A stretch of 64,000 nt of DNA from Octopus vulgaris (taxonomy: Eukaryota), in NCBI GenBank assembly GCA_951406725.2, contig OX597820.1, forward strand, positions 111,724,001 through 111,788,000. Reading direction: 5' to 3'. This document shows positions 37,818 through 49,029 of the stretch, piece by piece. A program made the position numbers and the translations under genes. Within the stretch, counting starts at the first letter, position 1. Every line of letters starts with the position of its first letter. The notes beneath the pieces are model-generated. The model was not told the origin of the DNA. It saw only the letters and a program-made list of their open reading frames with translations, and ran no database searches.

Positions 37818-40800
37818 TGTTGTACAGTCGGATTGGTGTATTTTACGTGCCACCGGCACGGAAGCCAGCGGAGGCGGCGCTGGCATCGGCCACGAGTCGG
37901 ATAGTGCTTTTTACGTACCACCAGACCAGGGATCCTGGCTGGTTCAATTCGATTTCGATTTCGCTTTCGCTTGCCCCAACATGTCTTCGCAAGCAAAGGG
38001 GGTTGGCATGGGTGCCTGTCGTCGGATGAGGTTCTATATCGACTTCGCTTGCCTCAACAGGTCTTTGTGTCCAAGGGAGGAAAGGCATTCATAAGTGGGC
38101 TGGGTTCACTTGTCCTGCCTGGTCTTCTCACGTACAGCATATTTCCAAAGGTCTCGGTCGCTGGTCATTTCCTCAGTGAGGCCTAAAGTTCGAAGGTCGT
38201 GCTTCACCACCTCGTCCCAGGTTTTCCTGGGTCTACCTCTTCCACGGGTTCCCTCAACTGCTAGGGATTGGCACTTTCTCACACACCTATCTTCATCCAT
38301 TCTCGCCACATGACCATACCAGCGCAATCGTCTCTCTTGCACACCAAAACTGATGCTTCTTAGGTACAACATTTCTCTCAAGGTACTAACGCTCTGTTGA
38401 GTATGTACACTGACATTACACATCCATCGGAGCATACAGGCTTCATTCCTCACGAGCTTACGCATGTCCTCAGCAGTCACGGCCCATGTTTCACTGCCAT
38501 GTAGCATGGCTGTTCATACACACGCATCATACAGTCTGCCTTTTACTCTGAGTGAGAGGCCTTTAGTCACCAGCAGAGGTAAGAGCTCCCTAAACTTTGC
38601 CCAGGCTATTCTTATTCTAGCAGTTACTCTTTCAGCGCACCCACCCCCACTACTGACTTAGTCACCTAGATAACGGAAGCTATCAACTACTTCTAGTTTT
38701 TCCCCCTGGAAAGTGACGGAAGTTGTTTTCTGCAGATTTTCGGAGGTTAATGCTCCCGAGCATCTGCCACATACAAAAACTATCTTCCCAGTTAGCCTAC
38801 CTTTGACATTGCTGCACCTCTTATGTGTCCATAGCTTACACTGGGTACATCTTATAGAGTTTCTACCTACACCTTTTCTACAGATCGAGCAGGGTCATCT
38901 TCCTGAAGACATTTGTGGATTGTCTACCTTCCTACTTATTAGTACTTTGGTTTTAGCTAGGTTGACTCTAAGGCCCCTCGATTCTAAACCCTCCTTCCAC
39001 ACCTGGAACTTCTCCTCCAGTTCTGATTGTGACTCAGCAATTAGAGCAAGGTCGTCAGCGTAGAGGAGCTCCCAGGGATAACCTGTCTTGAATTCCTCCG
39101 TAATTGCCTGGAGGACTATGATAAATAGGCGGAGGCTGTGTACTGAACCCTGGTGGACCCCAACCTCTACTTTGTATTCTTCTGTGTACATGTTGCCAAC
39201 CCTAACCTTACTTACGGCATCTCTGTACATAGCTTGCACAGTCCTCACCAGCCATTCATCTATCCCTAGTTTCCTCATTGACCACCAGATAAGGGATCGG
39301 GGGACCCTATCAAAAGCTTTCTCCATGTCAACGAAAGCCAGGTACAGGGGCTTATCTTTGGCTAGGTATTTCTCCTGCAACTGCCTTACCAGGAATATAG
39401 CATCAGTGGTACTTTTCCCTGGCACGAACCCAAACTGCATCTCATCTAAACTAACTCTCTCTCTAATTAGTTGGGCTATGACCCTCTCCGTAACCTTCAT
39501 TACTTGATCCAACAGCTTGATACCTCTGTAATTATTTGTATCTAGGGCATCACCTTTACCTTTGTAGCAGTTGACTAGTATGCTGCTACACCAGTCATTG
39601 GGTATGACTCCTTCGTGTATCACCTGGTTGACTATACGGGTGACTAGGTTATAGCCGATACTGCCAGATATTTTGAGCATCTCTGCAGTAATTCCTGATG
39701 GGCCTGGGGCTTTCCCTGTCTTCATGCTTCTAATTGCCTTAGCTACCACGGAACTATCAACTCGGATAGCTGGTCCCTCTGTTGGGTCAACATTCGGCAG
39801 ACTCTCTTTATCCCATTCATTTTCTTTATTCAGCAACCTTTCATAGTGGCATCTCCAAACCTCTCTCTTTGCATCCTCATTTAGCGCAAGTGAACCATCA
39901 TCCATGCGAACACACTTCTCTCCTACCACATCACGATTCTCTCTCACACACTGTCTTGCAACACGAAATACCTCAAGTCTTTCATCCTCACGGCTCAGAA
40001 CATTGGCAAATTTTTTCTTATCCGCTTCCCCTCTGGCTAAACAAACCTGTCTCCTAGCTTCCCTTCTGGCTGTCTGATACAATTCCCTGCTACCACCGTT
40101 CTTCCAGTCCTTCCAAGCCTGTCTCTTTTGTCTAATAGCCCTGTCAACCACAGTGTTCCACCACCATGTTACTCTGGGTCGAGATGGTACTTTGCTCCAT
40201 CCACAGATCTGGTCAGTGGCTGTCAACAGATTGCCCCGTAGAAATTTCCAGTTGCCTTCCACATTAAGTGAAACTATATCCCCTTCTATTTCGTCAAAGG
40301 CTTCGAGTAGTATGTCTCTAAATCTCTGTCGATTTGCAGAATCTTTAAGCTTCCAGACCCTTCTCCTCCAAGCAGGTCTTCTTCTGGGCAACCATTTAGC
40401 TCTGATCCTGAAGTCGCTAACTACTAATCTATGTTGAGGAGTACATTCTTCGCCTGGAAAGGTTTTGGCATTTATAAGCAGCCCTCTTTCCCTTTTTCTG
40501 GCAAGGATGTAGTCAATCTGGCTAGTGTGTCTGCCAGAACGGTAGGTGACTAGGTGAGAGGTGGGTTTCCTGAAGTTGGTATTGCAGACCATAAGGTCAT
40601 TTGCATCGCAGAACTCCAGCAGCCTGGTTCCCTCCTCATTACGAGAGCCAAAACTGTAGCCTCCATGAACGCCATGGAAGCCCCCGACATGCCATCCAAC
40701 ATGTCCATTGAAATCACCTGCCACGAAGAGAAGGTCACTGTCATTTGTCAATGAGGTAGTCCGCAATAGGGTGACATAGAATTGGTCTTTTTGTCCTTCC

Positions 40801-42360
40801 GGTAGTCCTGGTTGAGGGGCATATGCCGAGATGATGGTAGCTGACCTATGGTGAAGCACTAATCTAATCTTAAGTACTCTATCACTTACTCTGACTACCT
40901 CGATTACCTTATCTACCCATTTCTCCGCAAGAAGTATACCCACGCCCCCGACCCCATCAGTGTTCCCTGCCCAGAAAATCTTGTACCTGTGTTCCTTGCC
41001 TGTGAGGAGCCTAGCGAAGCCTCCTCTCCACCTTACTTCCTGGATGCAGCATAAATCCACACGTCTCCGTTCAAGCAGCTCAACAATCTCTCCAGACCTA
41101 CCTTTCAATGTGCCAACATTGAGTGTGCCAACTCTGAGGGTGTGGGAGGTGTGGGCCTCTGAGACCCTGGGATGAGGGACAGCGGTGTCATGTACCTGAA
41201 AAGAAAGCTTGCATTTGCCAGATTTCATACTGAGACTCTAGACTACAACCTGCATACATTTCACAGTTTTTGCGCTATATGATCACAATAAACCCTACAT
41301 AGGGGTGCGGGGGGGGGGGGCGTCAAGGAAGGTAGAAAGGTAGAAACTTCCGGTTCTGGTGGAGGGGTGGGAGGGCGGGGTCACCTCGAAGGAACAACAG
41401 GTTTAAGTTAATTCGTAGGGGAATTCCTGCAACAGAAACTACTGAACATCTAGAAAATTCGGGAATCGAGTAAAACATAATATAAATAAGAGAGAGAGAG
41501 AATATTTTGTAGGGAATTCTGGGGAATGGAATAATAACGGGATGACACTGAAATTAAAGGAGGAATTGAAAATGCATGATCTTAAGACAGACAGGAAGCC
41601 ATGTATACAAGATGGCGAAATAAATAATAGAGAAACGGGATTTAGGGTTACGAATCAACGCTTAAAAGTATGAATATGAATGACAGGTTGAAAGTTAAGT
41701 TCGCTTAGCAGGTCATATTTTGGAATCAGTGTTTTGTCAGCAAGATGTAGATCGAGAAGAGGGACGAGATAAATCGAATACTGCTTTATAAAGAGTTAGG
41801 GGTTGGGGGGGGGGGGGGTTATCAGGTGGCAGCATGAGGAAAGAGAGAGGGGGGAAGAGAAAGAGAGAGAGAGAGAGCTAAGGAACAACAGGTTTAAGTC
41901 GTAGGGAATTTTCTGCAACAGAAATTACTGAACATCTAGAAACTTCGGGGTTCGAGTAAAACATAATATAAATAAAGAGAGAGAGAAAATATTTTGTAGG
42001 GAATTTTGGGGGAAAGGAATAACAACGAAGGAACAACAGGTTTAAGTTAATTCGTAGGGGATTTTCTGCAACAGAAATTACTGAACATCTAGAAACTTCG
42101 GGGTTCGAGTAAAACATAATATAAATAAGAGAGAGAGAAAATATTTTGTAGGGAATTTTGGGGGAAAGGAATAACAACGAAGGAACAACAGGTTTAAGTT
42201 AATTCGTAGGGGAATTTCTGCAACAGAAATTACTGAACATCTAGAAACTTCGGGGTTCGAGTAAAACATAATATAAATAAGAGAGAGAGAAAATATTTTG
42301 TAGGGAATTTTGGGGGAAAGGAATAACAACAAAGGAACAACAGGTTTAAGTTAATTCGTA
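37818..42360 (-). mobile_element. Near full-length RTE LINE; 1040-codon frame 41228 to 38106 with two nonsense codons
   Basis: APE (GTLNVG, CIQEVRW, YAPQ, GDFN), RT and PHD in one frame. Stops TGA (38895-38897) and TAA (38658-38660). Extreme 3' terminus missing. Confidence 0.95.
41880..42360. repeat. 152-bp tandem repeat, about 3.2 near-identical copies, plus a diverged copy at 41389-41540
   Basis: Unit starts AAGGAACAACAGGTTTAAG at 41880, 42028, 42180 and 42332. Confidence 0.92.
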
Positions 42361-42454
42361 GATATATATAGATATACAGATATATATAGATATACACATA
42401 TATAGATATACACATATATAGATATACACATATATAGATATACATATATATATT

Positions 42455-42493
<39 letters not shown>

Positions 42494-42515
42494 ATATATA
42501 TATATATACATATAT

Positions 42516-42548
<33 letters not shown>

Positions 42549-42549
<1 letters not shown>

Positions 42550-45500
42550 CATCATCATCGTTTAACGTCTGCTTTCCATGCTAGCATGGGTTGGACAGTT
42601 CAACTGGGGTCTGGGAAGCCAGAAGGCTGCACCAGGCTCAGTCTGATCTGGCAGTGTCTATATGGTTGGATGCCCTTCCTAACGCCAACCACACCGTGAG
42701 TGTAGTGGGTGCTTTTTACGTGCCAGACGAGGCTGGCAAACGGCCATGATTGGATGGTGCTTTTTATGTACCACCGGCACGGAGGCCAGTCGGGGCGGTG
42801 CTGGCAACAGCTATGTTCGGATTGTTCTCTTATGTGGCACTGGTATCACAGCTACAATTTCCATTGATATGGATCCATTTCGAGTTTTGATTTTCACTTG
42901 CCTCAACAGGTCTTCACAAGTAGAGTTTTGTTTCTCAAGAAGGAAAGGTATGCATAAGTGGACTGGCTACATCCCAGGTAGAGGCCACGGGTTATGGTCT
43001 CACTTGTCCTGCCGGGTCTTCTCACGCACAGCATACTTTCAAAGGTCTCGGTCTCTAGTCATTTCCTCAGTGAAACCTAAAGTTTGAAGGTCATGCTTCA
43101 CCACCTTGTCCCAGGTTTTCCTGGGTCTACCTCTTCCACAGGTTCCCTCAACCGCTAGGGTTTGGCACTTTTTCACACAACTATCTTCATCCATTCTTGT
43201 CACATGACCACACCAGTGCAAACGTCTCTCTTGCACACCAAAACTGATGCTTCTTAGGTCCAACTTTTCTCTCAAGGTACTTACACTCTGTCGAATATGA
43301 ACACTGACATTACACATCCATCGGAGCATACTGGCTTCATTTCTTGCGAGCTTACGCATACCCTCAGCAGTCACGGCCCATGTTTCACTGCCATGTAGCA
43401 TGGCTGTTAGTACACATGCGTCATACAGTCTGCCTTTTACTCTGAGCGAGAGGCCTTTTGTCACCAGCAAAGGTAAGAGCTCTCTGAACTTTGCCCAGGC
43501 TATTCTTACTCTAGCAGTTACACTTTCAGCACACCCGCCCCTGCTACTGACTTGATCACCTAGGTAACGGAAGCTATCAACTATTTCTAGTTTTTCTTCC
43601 TGGAAAGTGGCGGAAGTTGTTCTCTGTGCATTTTCAATGTTTATTGCTCCTGGGAATCTGCCACATACAAAAACTATCTTCCTAGTTAGCCTTCCTTAGA
43701 CATTGCTGCACCTCTTATGTGTCCATAGCTTACACTTGGTGCATCTTATAGAGTTTCTACCTACACATTTTCTACAGATCGAGCAGGGCCATCTATCTGA
43801 AGGCATTTGTGATTTGTCTACCTTCCTACTTATTAGGACTTTGGTTTTAGATAGGTTGACTCTAGGGCCCTTCGATTCTAATCCTTGCTCCCACACCTGA
43901 AACTTCTCTAGTTCTGATATTGACTCAGCAATTAGAGCAAGGTCATCAGCATAGGGGAGCTCCCAGGGGCTTACTGTCTTGAATTCCTCCGTTATTGCCT
44001 GGAGGACTATGATAAATAGGAGGGGACTGAGGACTGAACCTTGTTGGACCCCTACCTCTACCCTGAATTCTTCACTGTACTCGTTGCCAACCCTCACCTT
44101 ACTAACAGCGTCTCTGTACATGGCTCGCACAGCTCTAACTAACCATTCATCTATCCCTAGTTTCCTCATTGACCACCAGATAGGGGATCGGGAGACCCTG
44201 TCGCAGGCTTTCTCCATGTCAACGAAAGCCAGGTATGGGGCTTATCGTTGGCTTGGTATTTCTCCTGCAGCTGTCTTACCAGGAATATAGCATCAGTGGT
44301 ACTTTTCCCTGGCACGAACCCAAACTGCATCTCATCTAAACTAACTCTCTCTAATTAGTTGGGCTGTGACCTTCTCCGTGACCTTCATTACTTGATCCAG
44401 CAACTTGATACCTCTGTAATTATTTGTATCTAGTGCGTCACCTTTACCTTTGTAGCAGTTGACTATTATGCTGCTACACCAGTCATTGGGTATGACTCCT
44501 CTGTGTATCACCTGGTTAACTATACGGGTGACTAGGCTATAGCCGACACTGCCAGATATTTTGAGCATCTCTGCAGTGATTCCTGATGGGCCAGGGGCTT
44601 TCCCTGCCTTCATACTCTTAATTGCTTTAACTACCAAGGAACTATCAACTCGGATAGCTGGTCCCTCTGTTGGGTCAACAATCAGCAGACTCTCTTTCTC
44701 CTATTCATTTTCTTTGTTCAGCAAACTTTCATAGTGGCGTCTCCAAACCTCTCTCTTTGCAGCCTCATTTAGTGCAAGAGAACCATCATCCATGCGGACA
44801 CATTTCTCTCCTACATCACGATTCTCTCTCACACACTGTCTTGCAACACAAAATACCTCCAGTCTTTGGTCCTCACGGCGCAGAACATTGGCAAATTTTT
44901 TCTTATCTACTTCCCCTCTGGTTAAATACACCTGCCTCCTAGCTTCCCTTCTGGCAGTCTGATACACTTCCCTGCTACCACCATTCTTCTAGCCCTTCCA
45001 AGCCTGTTTCTTTTGTCTAATAGCCTTGTTAACAACATTGTTCCAGCACCACGTTATTTTGGGTCTTGAGGGGACTTTGCACCATCCACAGATCTGGTCA
45101 GTAGCTCTCAGCAGGTTGTCCCTTAGAAACCTCCAGTTGTCTTCTACCCCATGTGAAGCTATATCCCCTTCTATTTCGTCAAAGGCTTCAAGTAATATGT
45201 CCCTAAATCTCTGTCCATTTGCAGGATCTTTAAGCTTCCAGACCCTTCTTCTCCGTGTTGGTCGTCTTCTGGTCGTCCTCTTAGTCCTGATCCTAAAGTC
45301 ACTAACTACCAGTCTATGTTGTGGGTTACATTCTTCGCCTGGGAAGGTTTTGGCATTTATAAGCAGCCATCTTTCCCTTTTCCTGGCAAGAATGTAGTCA
45401 ATTTGGCTAGTATGTTGGCCTGATCGGTAGGTGGCTGGTAGGTTTCCTGAAGTTAGTGTTGCAAACCATAAGATCATTTGCATCGCAGAACTCCAGCAGC

Positions 45501-46980
45501 CTGGTTCCCTCTTCATTGTGGGAACCATAACCGTAGCCTCCATGTACATCATAGAAGACCCCAGCATGTTGTCCAACATACCCATTGAAGTCACCAGCCA
45601 CAAAGAGAAGGTCTCTGTCATTCGTCAACGAGGTAGTCTGCAGTAGGGTGTCATAGAATCGGTCTTTCTGTCCATCGGGTAGCCCAGGCTGAGGGGCATG
45701 GGCCAAGATAATGGTTGCTAATCCATGATGAAGCACTAATCTAATTTTAAGTATTCTGTCACATACTCTGATTACCTCAATTACCTTATCTACCCATTTT
45801 TCAGCGAGAAGTATACACACGCCCCCGACCTCGTCAATGTTCCCTGCCCAGAAAATCTTGTACCTGTGTTCTTTGTCTGTGAGGAACCTAGCAGAACCTC
45901 CTCTCCACCTAACTTCCTGGATGCAGCATATATCAGCACATCTCCGTTCAAGCATCTCAACAATCTCGCCGGACCTACCTTTCAGTGTGCCAACCCTGAG
46001 GGTGTGGGAGGTATGGGCCCTAGACCATGGGACGGTGGACAGTAGCTTCATGTACCTGAAAAGAAAACTCGCATTTGGCAGAATTCATGAGCAAGCAATA
46101 CAGTAACCTTCAATTCAACCTGCATAGCACTACCCTTTCATATTTTGCACTATATGAACCTTACATAGGAGAATAGCCCAAGACTGGGGGTGGGAATGGT
46201 GAAATGCCTGTTGCAGTGTTCATGGGAGGCAACCCAAAGATGGCAAACAATAAGAACTTCCTGTACAGGTGGAGGGGGTGACAGGGCAGGTGCACCTCTA
46301 ACTAGGAAGAGGGTCAGCTAATCGTGGTTTAACGAGAGACCAAAAAAGTAGGTTTGAAAAATCTGAGAAAGACAAATTTTAGGGAATAGAGAAAGTGGCT
46401 GTGTGATAAGACTTTAATAGCTGAGTGAATCAATGAATATAAGGTTATCTTCGGAAGCAACAAGGAAGACAAGACTATCGAAAAGTATACTTACATGATG
46501 GCATGATTACCGGACTAGACAGAATAATGATATGTGCAAAAATAGTAGGTAGATGAAGTGAGGTTGAAAGAAGAATATTCCTATCTTTTATCCGTTCATG
46601 AGCGATCCGTTATTCTTTGGTAGGGGTTACGAAGTGAGTGGGAGTCCTGTTATGCATTCGCTAGTTCATAATAGGGCGATGGCGGTGGAAGGAGGTCTAG
46701 GTGAAGCGAGGGAGACATAGTGAAACATAGGGAGAGAGACAGAGTTAGTTAGGGAGGGGGAGAAGTGGTCAAGAGACACACGGGAGGAAACATTTTGAGG
46801 ATGTCTGACTGGCATAGTTTAAACGAGACAGCAATGTTGATAATATTTAAGATAGACTTGAAAAAAGTAAAATCTGAGTTCGTCAGGCAATCTAAGACAA
46901 AGTTTAGAGAATACATAGGTGGCTGTGTGATAACACTTTAATGGATGAATCAATGAATATGTTGGGTTGAGGAAATATGT
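42549..46980 (-). mobile_element. Full-length frameshifted RTE LINE (sister subfamily)
   Basis: (CAT)n terminus at 42549; collinear ORF fragments 43039-46051. The 5' region to about 46980 is inferred from shared architecture. Confidence 0.92.
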
Positions 46981-47321
46981 GGACCTATATGTATATACAT
47001 ATATGTGCCAAAATTTCACACATTTATTTTGTGGACAGTTCCAAAAGCTAGTGAATCACTCAGCAATTTTCAAGTACTTCTTACTCCAGTAAATTATATT
47101 ATCCTCTGGTATCTGTATACATCCATCCTGGTCAGTAGGGTTATTGAGAGCTAAATATGTTAGACCAAGACACAAAATACTAACCTCTTCACACCTCACA
47201 GTTTGTCCAGTTCTCCATTGACAGTAGTTGTCATTTATCATACAATAAAGATAAATGTTAATCGATTGATGTTAAAGTAAATATATTCTTATGAGAACCT
47301 TTTCATTTTGTACTCATGTAG

Positions 47322-47429
47322 ATTGTTGATTGGATATCAGCGACTGTTGATGCTCATGTCTTACAAATGGTCATCTCACCAGACACAAAACAGCTACTCT
47401 CTATTTTATATAACACCATTGAAAAAAGG
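47322..47429 (+). CDS. NOL11: NOL11 exon L (phase 0 to 0)
   Basis: IVDWISATVDAHVLQMVISPDTKQLLSILYNTIEKR matches the conserved C-terminal I.DW....DA motif. ..catgtag| acceptor, AGG|gtaaga donor. Confidence 0.95.
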
Positions 47430-48888
47430 GTAAGAAAACCTTTTTCTGTATAATTATTCTTGGTATGAATGAGTATTGTCTACACAAATATATTTGAATA
47501 TTTAATTAATTAGAGCATGCACTTATAAAATGTTTAATGAATTCTTTCCTTCAAATAACAAAACACTTTCAGCCTCCTTCAATTTTCTTGACCAATCGCT
47601 CTTCGGGTAACAAATCCTCCACCTTTTTGCTGAAAGATTATAACAGTCACAAGTGAAATCTTATCACTGACAGAAATAAGATCTCACAGCAAGATATTTA
47701 TTTTCACATAATGACATGATGAAAATATTCTCAGCATACCTTCTATATGCTGAACATATAGCTGTGTGCAGACCAACTCACTTAACATTGTTATCCAAAA
47801 AGAATTTTTAATCTACTGTAATTACCCATGAAATAGAAAGAAAAATTATGAGTTGAATTTCAGAGTTACTTCCCCTTATTGACAAATTAATACTAATCTT
47901 TGTTTTATTTTTTAATGTCAAGAGCGATTTCAGTTGATTAAAAATTAGTTTTGGTTAACATTAAATATGTTAACTTGCACTTAACTGGATCTTTCACAGA
48001 ATTAACTACTTGACTTAGAAGTTACAGTGGTATTACCGCTGAGTAGTATACTTTGCAGATCTAAAAACCAGTCATAGTAAAGATCTCTTGTTGACATTGT
48101 TTCCTTAGAAATGTGTATATTACCACAGTCAACATGACAGGTAGCTGCAGGATGGGAGCTTTAAGAAGCAACAGATCCTTAGGTGCAAATAAAATGTATG
48201 TGCTTGTGTGTTTTGGTGACAGTCTTTCATTTAGAAATCTTTACTTTTAATAAGCTTGTGTTATTCATAATTTATTGGTTTTGATAGGTGTATATCATTG
48301 GTTCTTAACTAGAATTCCTATGGCCCCTGAGGGTCCATGCAACAAAATAGTAAATTGTGGATCCATAGTTTTTTGAGGGCCCCTGAAAAACTTTTGTTGT
48401 AGATGTACGTGTTAGTATGTATTGCAAGAAACAGCTGGGTTTCTTTCTCTAACATTTTACATTGTTCAACCGACACAAGTTAGTGAAAAACAATAGAAGT
48501 TTTGAAAGAAGTTTAAGAATAACTATGGGAGTCCACCAGAATATAATAGTAATCAAGGGGATCCATAGATAAAAAAAATGATTGGGAAGCACTGGTGAGG
48601 ATGGATAGTAGAGGTGAGATGTTGGGATCTACCCTCAAGGTACAACACAGAATATAGAGAGTGAATAGGGACAGAATTGAGGGTGGCTGTGTTGGTAGGT
48701 TCACAAAAAATATGAAAGATAATTAGGAGTGAGGATAGAGGCAAATCCAGTGAACATGGGGTCAATAGTGAATTTCAGTGGGGTGGGGTCAAGGAAAATA
48801 GGAGTTGGTCACAAAGGAGATGCGAGGTGAGTGTGTGTTTCATATATTTTCAAGCTGCTAAATGACGTTCTTAATTTGTTTCTTGCAG

Positions 48889-49014
48889 GTGGAATTTGTT
48901 GATCAGCTTGCCAGCATTGAAGCCTATTTAACTCAAATGAATCGTAAAAATATACTTCTCAATAAGAAACAAGATATTGGCCAGTATTGCATTAGAACAC
49001 TGCATATTCCATAG
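48889..49014 (+). CDS. NOL11: NOL11 terminal coding exon M
   Basis: tttgtttcttgcag| acceptor. VEFVDQLASIEAYL...IGQYCIRTLHIP* resembles recalled vertebrate GLYSIEVLELF*. TAG at 49012-49014. Confidence 0.94.
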   Translation: MEFVDQLASIEAYLTQMNRKNILLNKKQDIGQYCIRTLHIP

Positions 49015-49023
49015 CACTTTATA

Positions 49024-49029
49024 AATAAA
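49024..49029 (+). terminator. Candidate polyadenylation signal of NOL11
   Basis: AATAAA 9 nt after the stop codon, followed by a GT/T-rich stretch (ttgttttggtgtttct, about 49052-49067). Confidence 0.6.

Noticed and set aside
41880-42360. Regular repeat array as a CRISPR array or repeat protein
   Set aside because: Whole 152-bp units are duplicated with no unique spacers, no cas genes are present, and the unit length is not a multiple of 3.
33889-46106. Many plus-strand ORFs of 60-180 aa overlapping the LINEs
   Set aside because: Antisense shadows of RTE coding sequence.
47716-47753. C/D box pair ATGATGA...CTGA
   Set aside because: Only about 38 nt long, and the CTGA is inside a hairpin; too short for a C/D snoRNA.
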